From Tubiluchus corallicola (taxonomy: Eukaryota > Animalia > Priapulida), in the NCBI GenBank assembly GCA_030141605.1, contig JAQGDQ010000060.1, forward strand, positions 372,001-436,000: a DNA stretch of 64,000 bases. The letters run 5' to 3'. This document shows positions 1-13,739 of the stretch, piece by piece. Numbering within the stretch: position 1 is the stretch's first letter; every line of letters begins with the position of its first letter. Position numbers and translations under genes: made by a program. The notes under the pieces are model-generated. The model saw only the letters and a program-made list of their open reading frames with translations, searched no databases and had not been told where the DNA came from.

Positions 1-254
1 AATTGGATGCCTAACATAGCTTGATGAAATACTGAACAAACAGAATCACAAGTTCTCTTACATCCATACGCTCTAGGCGCTGGGCAGATGAATTGCACGA
101 CCAAATCAACTAAATCAGGTTTGACTGAATCAGAAATTCTGCAACGTGAGCCATACCAAGCAGAAGCTCAATACAATTTCAACAAATTTTATCACTTATT
201 GCATTGTTTTCCGAGCCGAGAAACATTGCTAGAATGTTCAGCAATCTAATAACA

Positions 255-366
255 GATGAAGATGGTGATGATGGCGATTGCAACGATGACAACGACGATG
301 ATGGTGATGACGATGATGATGGTGATGATGATGATGATAATGATGATGAGGATGAAGAGGAAGAGG
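255..366. repeat. degenerate (GAT)n microsatellite
   Basis: Run of GAT/GAC/GAG triplets; explains the Asp/Glu-rich ORF 204..392. Confidence 0.9.
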
Positions 367-390
367 ACGTGGGAACAGGACGCTCTTCGT

Positions 391-870
391 AAATAAAGCT
401 TAATAAATTCTTGAAATTTTATATCATTTGCACCAGTTTGCGTGCTATCTTATTGTATACAGGGCTTACGTTAACAGCAACTATACATAAAACTTGTACT
501 AAAATTTCGGTCCCGTGATGACCGTTAGGCACAGCCATTTTAACGGACAGTCGCTTGAAACAAGTTCAAATAGTACTGTGTAAAGTTTGAAAAAAATGAT
601 CAGAGCACTCCTAGCACAAAGTTCACTAGCTAAGCAAATGTATAAATTACTGTATCTTGTTAAAAAGTTTAGCGTTCTTGGTGAGCCAGCGGTGTACACT
701 GGGAAGGTGAATTAGTGACATCTTACCAGGTGGTGCGAACATTTTAAATGACTATAACTTTTCTTTTCTAGTTACGTAAGACTTTCAAGGAGGCAAGCCT
801 AATGCTACGTAATATAACTTCGTGCGGAAAGCTTTTTGACGCATACTTTCAAATAACCCTTTCCTCACCT
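391..870 (+). mobile_element. Kolobok-like MITE, copy 1 (left end eroded)
   Basis: Colinear similarity with 5441-5899 and 29821-30216 (e.g. AAAGCTTAA..TCTTGAAATTTTATA, AACTTGTA..GATGRCCGTTAG..CAGCCATTTT..GAAACAAGTT); ends CCT followed by TTAA at 871-874. Confidence 0.7.
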
Positions 871-3004
871 TTAAAATACAGTCAAGAGCTTCAGTAAACT
901 TAAGAGTTTCAGTTTAGCAAACTAACAGCATTGAGCATGTCTTTTCAAAAACCCTCTCTCGACTAGAAACTAAACTCATTCCGAGGGAACAATGTTCACA
1001 AGAGACCGCAGGTTAATAACATGTGCGTCGTGTAGCAATCATGAAGATGCTGCTGCAACTGCATCCCCCTGGCCGCTGCATCAGCATCTAAATTAGGCTG
1101 TCAAATGAAGTTGATGCTATCTTATGTCAGTCTTTGAGCAACAGAACTAAAGGCCAATTAGTGCTATTGAATGCTGGCATTGTCCTGCGGTCTGAACGCT
1201 CTTACTAATGGTAAAACAGATAGAAGCTAGAACCTTTACAACCATCCCAGAAACACACGCAAAAAGCTCGCCAATGCTATAGAGTATTCATGGTCGAAAA
1301 ACTCAATTATAATGGCACATTTTATAAAATACGATCAGACTATAGAAAAGTGTAATTTAATTGAAAAAACACAATTTTATCAGGAAAGAAAAGTACATTA
1401 GTATGAAAAATGATATCAATAATAAACAATTACTTAATTATGTCTGCAAAAATAAGTATGTAGAAAAAGTGAAACTAACAAACGTTTTTCAGGATAAACT
1501 TGAAGCCAATTTTTACTGAAGAGAGAATAATTATCCCATAAAGTGCAAATGTTAGCAGAATATAATATTAGCAGAATCCCATATAATATAAATTGTTGCT
1601 ATGTTTTTTTATTTTTTTACTCTGCTTTAGCAAATTAATAAACCTTTTTTCTTTTACTATGAACAGCTCGAACTAATTTATATCATAATTCTTATCATGC
1701 GTTCTTTTTTTGTATTTTCTGTACCGTATAAGAGTATGAATAAGTGGTATAAATAAATGTTAGTTTAATTAAAATTGGAAACTATTAATTATTAGACTAT
1801 GTGAATTTTAAAATTATATTATGCGATTCGTTAACATACAAACGAAATTCACTGTATGAGAGATAAAAACAAAATAACTTACCATGAAATCAAAACATGA
1901 ACACTTTTAGCACTGTATGTAACAATAGTACAAGGGTAGCAAAGCATTACAGCAACGGGAGGACGTGACCTAACCATGGCACCACATCACCACATTCAGC
2001 ATTTACCAGAGCTTCCACACACGCGACAACCGTGGCACGATAATGGCAACATTATTTTAGCAGGGCAAATAAGAAGGGGAACAAAGGTTTGCCCTGGCGC
2101 ACGCCTAACATGTTTACACACCGACAGCTGAGTGGTGCAGGTTGCCATGACTACTAACAACTGGGCAAATAGAATAAATTGAAGTAGAATGGAGGAGATA
2201 GTGTCAAAACAATGGTGGCAGCGGTAACATACGTTTGAGCGCAGGAAATGCAAACCGATTGCAGATGGACACTATACGCCCACAAATTTTAATTTATAAA
2301 TTTTTGCGAAATTTACTCAACAGGACCTAAAATTTAGAACAAAAAGGTTAAAAGTTTAATGATGAAAAATGCAGCCATTTTGCTATCCACATTCATATCC
2401 TCATTATCCAAATTCATAATCTAAATGGAACTGCTTAATGCTTACATTTTCTAGAGTGCTTTTGCTCGCTTGTGCATTGGTTGTGCTCTTGCACAACAGA
2501 TTAACTCACACGTTACAGTTTTCCATGCTCCAAACATAAGATACAATCCCTACAAAATTGTTTGACACATCTACTCTACCTATGGCAGTTCTGGGGGTAA
2601 AACTGATGTACATCCACTATATTCTTCTCACACTGAATAAAATTGTGGACAAGACTGATGTACAAAAGTGTGCCAGTACAGTGACAGTACAGTTGTGTGC
2701 CCTGTTAGAGCACACAAGTACAATGTAGTGTACAGCTCATGGTTTCGTGCAAATGTTACGTAGCAGTGTGGGAGAAGACTTGAAGTGGACTAAATGAGCC
2801 CGAGGAAATGAGAGATTCAATTACAGCCAGAGTAGTTTCTAGAGAGATATTTTGCAAATGTCACTTCGCATTTGACCGCAGAAAATAAACAAGTATTGAA
2901 AAGAACTAAAAATAATCCTGAACTGAAAAAAGAATAAATGGAATACTGAAGTTGTCAGTCTTGCTGCTGCTAATGACACTAATGGGATCAGTACAGTTTC
3001 TGCC

Positions 3005-3190
3005 ATTGTTGTTGGTGGTGACGATGATGCTGAAAACGATGATGACTTGCAATGATAATGAAAAAATAACATACATGAGATGCTGACATTAGTACTGATG
3101 ACAATAATTATGGCAATGATGGTGATGATGACGACGATGATGCTGATGGCGACGGTTACGATGGTGACAGTGAAGGTGATGACGATGGCG
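3005..3190. repeat. degenerate (GAT/GAC/GGT)n low-complexity tract
   Basis: Triplet-periodic GAT-rich sequence. Confidence 0.75.
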
Positions 3191-3959
3191 TGTTAGTGTT
3201 ATTGAATTTTGCTGCAGTCTGCATGCCTGACGCAAATTAACTGTAAGTTCTTGACTATTTAGTCTCAGTCCAGTATCTGGACGTAATGCTCCAAAATTGT
3301 TTTTTTGAATACCTCATACCAACTACCTCAACCTCATAACCCAAGGCCAAATTTTTCTTCGCAGTCTAATACTAATAGCCCAATGATAACACCAGCATAG
3401 CAATCAACAAATCAAAGCACCAAATTTGCCATTGCATCAAAATATATACGGAAATTTGGGCTTATTTTTCATCGAAATCAATTCTAATCGATTTGAAATG
3501 AAAAAGCAACATTCAGATACACATCTTTACCAGAATGAGTTTGTGTTTGAACGAAGGCTATAGATAAATCTTACATATAGGGATAGAAGCAGACTTAAAT
3601 GCTTTTAATTTAACACAGATTTGCCACGAATTTCTTAATCAATGTCAATTCATTACAATCATCTTAATATGAGGACATAAATTCGTGTTTAACACGGGTC
3701 GAATAGTCATTGAACGGCAAATGACATTACTAATGACGTGTTTTGGTGGGAATTAAATTGACCGAAAACCTTGCTTTTGCATCACCTGGGCGGCCTCCTT
3801 TGCACGGCTACACCTGCACAAGAAATCGATCAAAATCGCAATTCAAAGCGCAGATTAGTTGACTATAATAACTCGCTTTATTCTCCGGCACGCGTCGTTG
3901 TGACAATCTGCATTCAAGCGCCGTATGGACCCAGCAGAAATCGAATTGACTCAAACCAC

Positions 3960-4150
3960 ATTGCATGACAAGTACTGATTGCGGACAATCAATGGCGCCG
4001 ATGAGTCACCGTAGTTTCCAGGCAACCACGTGACCTAAAGAGAGAAACAGATCTCAGCGTTTTCCAGTTCATTTCCTGCATTTGATTGAGAAAATGTTGA
4101 AGAAACGAAAATGGCAGCAGAATAGACATGGTTGCCTAGCAAGCAAAAAT
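3960..4150. promoter_or_regulatory. putative enhancer/promoter motif cluster
   Basis: AP-1 TGAGTCA 4002-4008, X-box-like GTTTCCAGGCAAC 4014-4026, E-box CACGTGAC 4027-4034, YY1-like AAAATGGC 4108-4115 and X-box-like GTTGCCTAGCAAG 4131-4143, all within about 150 bp of unique sequence. Confidence 0.35.
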
Positions 4151-5417
4151 GTGAGCTCGAGACCGGCAGAAAGCAAAGTTTTTCTTATTACAAATTACAA
4201 TTTCTTTTTAAACAAAAGGGATCCAAATTAACACGACAACGAGCAAAAGCATACTGCATACAATTAAACTGCTAATACTCATTACAAAACCCGCCTTATA
4301 TAAGACGTGTGAGTGTAGTTTGACAGCTTGCCTATTGCACAATTACAAAACATAAATAGTTTCCGTATCCGCCAATGTTGCCGAACAATACGAACCCACC
4401 TTAATGCAACGCCTCTGCAGAATGAGAACAATTCATGTTCGACAGTGAACATGCTAAAATTCAACTAATGTTCGGACAAGTATGGTTATAGGTAAAGCAC
4501 AAAACGTTTTAGTCCCAGCGCCAGAGGTTCCTCTGGCTTCTGTGGCTTCCCTGTCACACTTCATCACAGACGACAACACGGAGCAGGAGCCGGCAACACT
4601 GCACTAGCATCGGCAACACGGCAGCTTCCCGTTAATTTAGCACCGTCGTCTTTTGAGGACAGTCAGGGGCTTAACCGAAGATCAATAATGCTGTCATCTG
4701 GGTAGCCAAACGTTGCACGCCATCTGACATTTATGCTACCAAGGGTGGGAGGCGAAACTACGCAGGGGGTGGTAGTGCAAAAGCACAGAAGCATAGAAGA
4801 GGTTCACAGGTTGAGTGTTGTAATAAATAAAACAGCAGCCGCTAGACTTTTGTTTTAGTAGTGTTCTAACTTTGTAAATTCAGTTTAGAGAGTTGAGAAG
4901 TTTAGAATGACTAGGAGCAATGGAAACTTATAGGAAGACAGTAGAACGTTTTTCCATAGTGGAGCTGCTAGCTGGACTGCAACTGCACTCCAAGAAAGTG
5001 CGCATGCGCGTTGCAAAGAAGCCCGTCGGACTCCCACGCCCATCCACTGGACTTACAGTGCATCAGTTCCTGAATTTTCTTCTTCAGTGCAACAGTACTA
5101 AGTTACGTTTCGGTTCTCAAAGAAGCGTAGAAGTTCAAAGTATCCCTACCTTTTTCACCAAAACAAAAAACAAAAAGAAACCCAAAAAAATAATTAACCA
5201 TGAAAACATGAATTAGTTTATGACTGTAAATGGCTTTTTCATTAAAATGCAAACTTCTAGAACATGTGACCAAGGTTACTAATCTGACAGAACTGGACAG
5301 ACGGAAAACTCCATTGTAACATTAAATAAAACTAACCATGATAAAGTATATGAACGAACTGACAGTAGTTTCGATGCATAACGACAGAAATAGGCAAATC
5401 TTCGTTATAAACGTTAA

Positions 5418-5960
5418 AGCACATGAAAAGCCGCCCCCTTACACAAAGCTTAAAAAAATCGTCTTGAAATTTTATACCATTTACATACTGCCTTTTTACA
5501 TGCAGGGTTTGCGTCGACAGTAACGCTGTATAAAACTTGTAAATTTAAACTCCCGCGATGGCCGTTAGACGCAGCCATTTTGATGATAGGTCCGTTTGAA
5601 ACAAGTTTAGACAACAATGCGTGATATTTAAAAAAAGAGCATGCGTAGCACACATGTTACTAAATAAATAAAATTTTAAATTTCTGTATCTTGTCAATGA
5701 GATTAAAAATTTGTTTTTGGTTAGTGAGTGGCGCACCTTGGCTGGTGAGTCAGCGACATTTTACCAATTGGCACAAACGTTTTAAATGATAAATTTCTAT
5801 TTACATAAGACTTTCCAGCAGATAAGCGAAAAGCTAAGTAATATAGATTTGCATGGAAAGTTTTTTGGGACATAATTTAACATTTCCCTTTCTTCCCCTG
5901 ATTTACGTTTGCATAGGCAATTCTTCTGAAACCTACTTCAGGTGCCCCTTTTCTTGTCCT
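5418..5960 (+). mobile_element. Kolobok-like MITE with TTAA TSD, copy 2 (most complete)
   Basis: TTAA at 5414-5417 and 5961-5964; imperfect TIR AGCACATGAAAAGCCGCCCC vs reverse complement of the right end AGGACAAGAAAAGGGGCACC (15/20); two further copies in the window. Confidence 0.7.
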
Positions 5961-6056
5961 TTAAAGATTTGCACGCCGCACACAGAGGGAACAGACGGAA
6001 AGACCTTGTCCTTTAAAGATTTGCACGCCGCACACAGAGGGAACAGACGGAAAGAC
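5953..6056. repeat. perfect 52-bp tandem duplication
   Basis: CTTGTCCTTTAAAGATTTGCACGCCGCACACAGAGGGAACAGACGGAAAGAC at 5953 and 6005. Confidence 0.95.
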
Positions 6057-6399
6057 AGACAAAGAGACGAAGCCACATCGGGTAGCCACGAATGCACGCC
6101 ACATTAGTTTGCAATGAAAACGTTTCACCCATCGAATCACGTCATCAAGAGGCTGAATTAAAAGCCAAGCAAGAAAGTTAACTGAGCTATTTTCAACCTT
6201 CACTTAACGAAAACACTTAGCAGTTCGTGCCGCACTAAGTGGTCAGTCAATTTACGCGCATGCAGCAGTGAATAGGGAGAGGAACGGTCAATATAATATC
6301 AGCTACAATATCCTGGCGCGCATGCGCAACTGCAGATTTACAGAAGACGGGGGAAACGGTATTTGATGTCATTGAGCAACAGACGAGAACAATAAGAAT

Positions 6400-6560
6400 T
6401 TAATAAACACAAACGATTAATATGAAAGAACAAACAATCAACCTCATGGTCAATTTGATGAAGAAAAATTGTGAGAAATTGTGAACTACCGGGATTTGAA
6501 CACAAAACCCTGCAATTAGAAGACGCTTCTTTGCCGAAGTAATTAATTAACTAACTCACT
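6400..6560 (-). mobile_element. degenerate tRNA-derived SINE head
   Basis: B-box-like GTTCAAATCCCGG on the minus strand near 6489-6501; A box poorly preserved. Confidence 0.3.
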
Positions 6561-6615
6561 AATTAGTGTCAGTTTGTAGAGGAAAAGACCTTATCCGACC
6601 TTAAATTGCCTTTTT

Positions 6616-7036
6616 TGTATAACGCCAATCTAAAGTTTCTTTTTATTATTATTCTGATGCCAAGCTTAAATTTTATAGTACTGTATCATAGACAATTTTA
6701 TTGTGTATTTCGATTGTAGGATCTGTAAAATTTATTTAAATTATTGTGTACTAACTATGTATAGTATTTTTGATTATTTTATATGATCTAATATTGTATA
6801 AAAGTTCTGATGGTAAGTACTTCTCTGTATCTTTTTAATATTACACGTACTTATAATTTTAATATTTTAAGTTGCATTTTGTGGGATTATTACTATAATT
6901 TGTAGTTTTTTCACCAGACGCATTTGCTATTAAGCAGTGTTGGTTTTTAATCCTTATCACTGAATGATGAATTTGCAATGATTTTATTGTTTTCATCTGT
7001 TTTACCTGGCAAATAAAGATTTAATATATATATATA
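6616..7036 (+). mobile_element. LINE-like 3' UTR fragment, copy 1
   Basis: About 420 bp highly similar to 25055-25478; T-rich; ends AATAAAG followed by (TA)n. Confidence 0.75.
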
Positions 7037-7039
7037 CAT

Positions 7040-7272
7040 TAGGAAGAAGTCTTTGGCAGCAAGTAAGCTAAAAAAGGACAAAGACACTTATTTAAATTCG
7101 CTGGGATAACAGACAACAGTAGCCATAGCTATAATCGACTCTTAATAAATACATCAGCACTGAGACGCCATAAATATATAACACAGACAACAACCGTTTG
7201 AACCAATACAGGTCGTGAGAGATTCGAACTCGGGCCACCGACAGTCCGTTATCTTAACCCACTGGGCCAAAA
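7040..7272 (-). mobile_element. tRNA-derived SINE
   Basis: Minus-strand Pol III A box TGGCCCAGTGG (7269-7259) and B box GAGTTCGAATC (7231-7221); no proper cloverleaf; 3' extent uncertain. Confidence 0.6.
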
Positions 7273-7281
7273 TGATTATAT

Positions 7282-7749
7282 GTGTGCTTGGAAACCAAAA
7301 CCGTCCATAAGTCAGCATAGTAAAAACTACGTTGTGATGTTTCAAAGTAGATTGCACAAAAAATTTTCTAATTCCGATTGTACCTCGAGTGAGCTATTTT
7401 GCTTCGGGTTTTATCTGTTGAAAAGAGCAGATTTGCGTCAGAAAGAGCCATCTACTGGATTTAAAAGTAACTTAAATTTGCTCTTGTAAAATCCATAGCA
7501 ACGACACTTTCGTGCGGTTGCTAAGTGTTTTGTACAGACGCGACAAAAAACAATGGCTAACTTTAACAGCTATTTTCTCAAGTGCATAGTCTGCACCTAA
7601 ACTTCAACGTGGATTATCTCAGCTTAGAAATAATATAGAGCAATGAACTTGGTATCAAAATGATCCTCATGAAATGGAGATTCAGGATGTGTGAATAACT
7701 AGCAAAGCTTAATTGTTAACTTCTGGACGATTTTGCTATGCAAGCACAC
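7282..7749. mobile_element. unclassified TIR MITE flanked by ATAT
   Basis: About 36-bp imperfect TIR GTGTGCTTGGAAACCAAAACCGTCCATAAGTCAGCA vs GTGTGCTTGCATAGCAAAATCGTCCAGAAGTTAACA; ATAT at 7278-7281 and 7750-7753. Confidence 0.85.
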
Positions 7750-7971
7750 ATATATCTTATCAACAGTACACTGCGTTCAATTTCAAGCAGAAGACTATGC
7801 GATGCTTGCACCATACAATGCAGTTAGCCAATTTCAACTTCATAGACGCACACGGACCCAAGATTAAATATAAGAGCTCTATCAACGCATCTCCATCAAA
7901 TCCTCTCGCCAATAACTCGCGCGCGGCCTTTGTAACCGAATCGCGCAACCATAAATCACGATCCGACAGTG

Positions 7972-7989
7972 CGGTTGCCATGGCGACCG
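7972..7989. promoter_or_regulatory. RFX X-box palindrome
   Basis: CGGTTGCCATGGCGACCG; core GTTGCCATGGCGAC matches the RFX consensus GTTGCCATGGCAAC at 13/14. Confidence 0.45.
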
Positions 7990-10900
7990 GAAGGGTGAGA
8001 TGAAACACAAAACGGTGGTGTTAATCGAACAAAGGGTTAGCCGAGGAAACGCTAAGCAAACAGCGCATTATCGCATAACAATTTTTCATTAGGAGCAGAA
8101 TGACACGGACGCTGGGAGATGTTCAATATTAGCTCAGCAAAGATGAGGATGCTGCAGGGAGGCTGAGCAAATGGGATGCTGTTGCCAAAATAATGAATAA
8201 ATAAAATGACAGAAGCTTTTAGGGCAGATCGATCATGGACGTGTGCCGGAATGGAAGCGTTTTAAATTACAATCATCAAACAGTAAAGAAAGCGGTTTCA
8301 ATTTTCACTAAAAGCCATGTTACTGTTAATTGTCTGCCATGTATTTCTTTTTGCATAATCAATGTAAGGCCATGTTCACACATCTGTTGTGCATTTAGTA
8401 CAGGCCTGACCCTATCAACAACTGTGCTCAGACATCCTTGTACATACGTGCATGACGCAAAGACCTGTTCACACGTTCTGCACAAAATCGAAGAACACGT
8501 CATCACTGTTCACACGTAAAAATATACAAACATGTCCTTAAGCTAAATAAAAATTGACAGACGAACAAACGGATGATTAAATAACAGCATAGTATTATGT
8601 TAATATGTAACGAAGTAACTAGAAAGACAAATGAAAAGTCCCTTTTGACGAGCGTCGAGATGGCAGAGTCATTCGTTCTTACAATCAGCTAGAATCGTTA
8701 AGGATGTCGTTAAGATGAATCTAGAAGTTTTTGTATGGTGTGACCGTATGTTAACACAATTCCCTTCTTTACAGACTTTTCAGCCCCAACCAAAACGGCC
8801 AAAGTTCCTTTAACCACGACCGCTTTTTGAAAACTTGGGAAATTACAAGACATACTTTATTCGAGTCTAGACAAAGGTCGAGTTCAAGCCGCGCCCTAGA
8901 CACTTAAACTCCTAAAAACGTTACAGGTGTGAAAGAGCTCTAAAGTTGCATAAGGTGTTAAAGGAAAGGTTAAGCCTACTAGGAAGTTGGGCTTATTTCA
9001 ATAATAAAGTTTTAGTAATAAAAATGCGAAAAATATGTGATAATTTTCAACCACAGGCCTTGAAAATTTATATACTATATGGTAGAAATCAAATCGGTTT
9101 TACAGACGGCTTATTTTAAAAAAAATGGTTATATTTTTCTAAGTTTAAGTGATAAAAGTAAAATAAATTCAACATGTTAAGCGACTTGTCGTTCCTTTTA
9201 AATGAATGTTTTTGGGTAGCTATAGGTCACTTACTCTTACAAATGCTATAACAAAATCTACAGAAGGTTTGCAAGGATAAACTGAGAAAATTTGTAACGG
9301 AAAAGTAACTTGCCAACTCTCCACTGGAAAATTCACCAGCAAATTATGGTCAACACAAAATCCATACGAAATGTCAAACCGCCGCAGCTTGTAAGCTAAT
9401 CTGAAGCGACCTCTGGGGAAAATTTTTAATTAACGCCCCACTCCCAGGAGGAGACAGCAGTAATGAAGTACCAACAGAACACAGCCGCAAAAGAAAACTA
9501 TACTTTATCTCAATTTGCCATGCATTCGGCTTTGCCAAAGCAATGTTGGCTTTGTTCGAATTTAATTAAATACGACTACCAAACTACGAGGTTAATAAAG
9601 CAAACGCAACTCAGCAAGGCGACATAAAACTCTCAGCACTAATCGCTTAATTACTTTATAACTTGACAAGTCAATATGAGTTCGCTACCACATGCACCGC
9701 AGCCGCTTCTATGCTACTAAAAGAAAATCAAAATTTATACAAAACTTGCAGATTTTACATAATCACTTTGAGCATAAGCTGCATAATTATACATGCACAT
9801 GCTGCAGTTGTATATGCTCAAAGACACCAACCAACCTGTGTTAAACAAGCCAGAGTGTGGCCCAAAATAAAATTCGGCTTTCTGTAAGTGATGACTGGCT
9901 TTATAAACCACATCACAAGGAAATATTTCACAGATGAATCGTGTTCATAAATTAATACTATAACGGCATTTGAAAATTTGATACACTGCAGAATCACTGT
10001 AGATAATAAACCGGCCTAACACAACAGTTACAATCTCGTAAGTTTACTGTAAGCATCCGACACTTTCACACTTAGTAAAACCCGACACAGTTCGGATTAC
10101 AGTCGGTTCAGTTCCGGACAGCAGCTGCCGGCTGTAAACTTGCCAAAAGCCAGCAAGCACGCCTTGCCTGTTTTATGAGCAAACCACACGCAGTTGTATA
10201 GCACAGAAGCCACAAGTGTGATGCGAATCATCAATTAATCTTGAAATAATGACACACGATCAACGACTGTACGCACTACGCACACTCCCGCCGCTTGGCG
10301 GAGCTGGCAGCAATGCAAAGCTGCACATGCGAATTCCTTAGCACAGCCAATTCTTTCACAGTTTTGTCCCAGGTGCACCCAAGCAAAAATAGTTTCTGCG
10401 AATTGTTCCGCAACTTGCTATAGATGAATAGAAGTTGGCGTTTACATTGAGAATTTCATTCGCGGTTTTGTGTTGGCGATTGTTTAGGTGTTGAGTTTTA
10501 CAAGGCGACCGGTTTGTGAGATGAAATTGCGGCTGAGTGAGAGGGTGGTGGTGCACGGGGGTGGTGGTGGTGCATGAGGGTGAGTTGATGTTGAAACCCG
10601 GAATCACTATTTAATTAAGCAATGATGGAAGAAAAAGTAAAATTAACAAAGTCTGTATGGTGTGCACCTGCAGATGAACTTCTATAGTTAAGTTCACTGT
10701 TCCCACAGGTCCCGCTGTCAAATAAATCTTCACCCAGTTAAAAGCTCTGCCCATTAATCCGTTACCCAAATCGTAAAGTTTAATAGAATCTTAAATAATT
10801 AAAATTGTGCCTACTTAAACCTTGGGTTAACAAACTTATCAATGGTTTGCGCAACGCACAGCGTGCCATACTAAAGTGTTCACAAAACCTGTGCCGCTAC

Positions 10901-10997
10901 CTCCTTGAACAATGATGAAAAGCTAGCACTTAAAAAAGTATGCATCAGTTATTGAGATTTTAACTTGAAAGTTATTATCGCGAACTGTCTCTAACAA

Positions 10998-13739
10998 GGG
11001 GTAAGCACTATACAGCAGTCTTGCAGAATAGGTCATGATGTGGGGTAACCGCTATACAGCAATCTTGCAGCATAGGTCATGATGTGCAGTAACCAGTATA
11101 CAGCAGTCTTGCAGCATAGGTCATGATGTGCAGTCACCGCTATACAGCAATCTTGCAGCATAGGTCATGATGTGCAGTAACCAGTATACAGCAGTCTTGC
11201 AGAATAGGTCATGATGTGCAGTCACCGCTATACAGCAATCTTGCAGCATAGGTCATGATGTGGGGTAAGCACTATACAGCAATCTTGCAGCATAGGTCAT
11301 GATGTGGGGTCACCGCTATACAGCAATCTTACAGCATAGGTCATGATGTGGGGTAACCACTATACAGCAATCTTACAGCATAGGTCATGATGTGGGGTAA
11401 CAGCTATACAGCAGTCTTGCAGCATAGGTCATGATGTGGGGTAACTGCTATACAGCATTCTTGCAGCATAGGTCATGATGTGGGGTAACAGCTATACAGC
11501 AATCTTGCAGCATAGGTCATGATGTGCAGTCACCGCTATACAGCAATCTTGCAGCATAGGTCATGATGTGCAGTCACCGCTATACAGCAATCTTGCAGCA
11601 TAGGGCATGATGTGGGGTAACCGCTATACAGCAATCTTGCAGCATAGGTCGTGATGTGCAGTCACCGCTATACAGCAATCTTGCAGCATAGGTCATGATG
11701 TGGGGTAAGCACTATACAGCAATCTTGCAGCATAGGGCATGATGTGGGGTAACCGCTATACAGCAATCTTGCAGCATAGGTCGTGATGTGCAGTCACCGC
11801 TATACAGCAATCTTGCAGCATAGGTCATGATGTGCAGTAACCAGTATACAGCAGTCTTGCAGCATAGGTCATGATGTGCAGTCACCGCTATACAGCAATC
11901 TTGCAGCATAGGTCATGATGTGGGGTAAGCACTATACAGCAATCTTGCAGCATAGGTCATAATGTGGGGTAACCGCTATACAGCAATCTTGCAGCATAGG
12001 TCGTGATGTGCAGTCACCGCTATACAGCAATCTTGCAGCATAGGGCATGATGTGGGGTAACCGCTATACAGCAATCTTGCAGCATAGGGCATGATGTGGG
12101 GTAACCGCTATACAGCAATCTTGCAGCATAGGTCGTGATGTGCAGTCACCGCTATACAGCAATCTTGCAGCATAGGTCATGATGTGGGGTAACCACTATA
12201 CAGCAATCTTGCAGCATAGGTCATGATGTGGGGTAACCACTATACAGCAGTCTTGCAGCATAGGTCATGATGTGGGGTAACCACTATACAGCAATCTTGC
12301 AGCATAGGTCATGACGTGGGGTAAGCACTATACAGCAATCTTGCAGCATAGGTCATGATGTGGGGTAAGCACTATACAGCAATCTTGCAGCATAGGTCAT
12401 AATGTGGGGTAAGCACTATACAGCAATCTTGCAGCATAGGTCATGATGTGGGGTAAGCACTATACAGCAATCTTGCAGCATAGGTCATAATGTGGGGTAA
12501 CCGCTATACAGCAATCTTGCAGCATAGGTCATGATGTGGGGTAAGCACTATACAGCAATCTTGCAGAAAAGGTCATGATGTGGGGTAACCGTTATACAGC
12601 AATCTTGCAGCATAGGTCATGATGTGGGGTAACTGCTATACAGCATTCTTGCAGAATAGGTCATGATGTGGGGTAAGCACTATACAGCAATCTTGCAGCA
12701 TAGGTCATAATGTGGGGTAACCGCTATACAGCAATCTTGCAGCATAGGTCATGATGTGGGGTAACTGCTATACAGCAATCTTGCAGCATAGGGCATGATG
12801 TGGGGTCACCGCTATACAGCATTCTTGCAGCATAGGTCATGATGTGGGGTCACCGCTATACAGCAATCTTGCAGCATAGGTCATGATGTGGGGTAACTGC
12901 TATACAGCAATCTTGCAGCATAGGTCATGATGTGGGGTAACCACTATACAGCAATCTTGCAGCATAGGTCATGATGTGGGGTAACCACTATACAGCAGTC
13001 TTGCAGCATAGGTCATGATGTGGGGTAACCGCTATACAGCAATCTTGCAGAATAGGTCATGATGTGGGGTAACCAATATACAGCAACCTTGCAGCATAGG
13101 TCATGATGTGGGGTAACCACTATACAGCATTCTTGCAGAATAGGTCATGATGTGGGGTAACCACTATACAGCATTCTTGCAGAATAGGTCATGATGTGGG
13201 GTAACCAATATACAGCAACCTTGCAGCATAGGTCATGATGTGGGGTAACCACTATACAGCATTCTTGCAGAATAGGTCATGATGTGGGGTAACCACTATA
13301 CAGCATTCTTGCAGAATAGGTCATGATGTGGGGTAACCACTATACAGCAATCTTGCAGCATAGGTCATGATGTGGGGTAACCACTATACAGCAGTCTTGC
13401 AGCATAGGTCATGATGTGGGGTAACCACTATACAGCAATCTTGCAGCATAGGTCATGACGTGCAGTAACCAATATACAGCAACCTTGCAGCATAGGTCAT
13501 GATGTGGGGTAACCACTATACAGAATCTTGCAGCATAGGTCATGATGTGGGGTAACCGTTATACAGCAATCTTGCAGCATAGGTCATGATGTGGGGTAAC
13601 CACTATACAGCAATCTTGCAGCATAGGTCATGATGTGGGGTAACCGTTATACAGCAATCTTGCAGCATAGGTCATGATGTGGAGTAACAGCTATACAGCA
13701 ATCTTGCAGCATAGGTCATGATGTGGGGTAACCAGTATA
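10998..13739. repeat. 44-bp minisatellite, about 62 copies
   Basis: Unit TATACAGCAATCTTGCAGCATAGGTCATGATGTGGGGTAACCRC, period 44 (11009, 11053, ...). Confidence 0.98.

Noticed and set aside
3308-3335. let-7-like TGAGGTAGTTGG on the minus strand
   Set aside because: Diverges after 12 nt, has no complementary arm, and is part of a short ACCTCA repeat.
10998-13739. CRISPR-like array (also considered for 22649-23357, 53420-55970 and 59281-60385)
   Set aside because: Units are contiguous with no unique spacers, there are no cas genes, and the context is eukaryotic.
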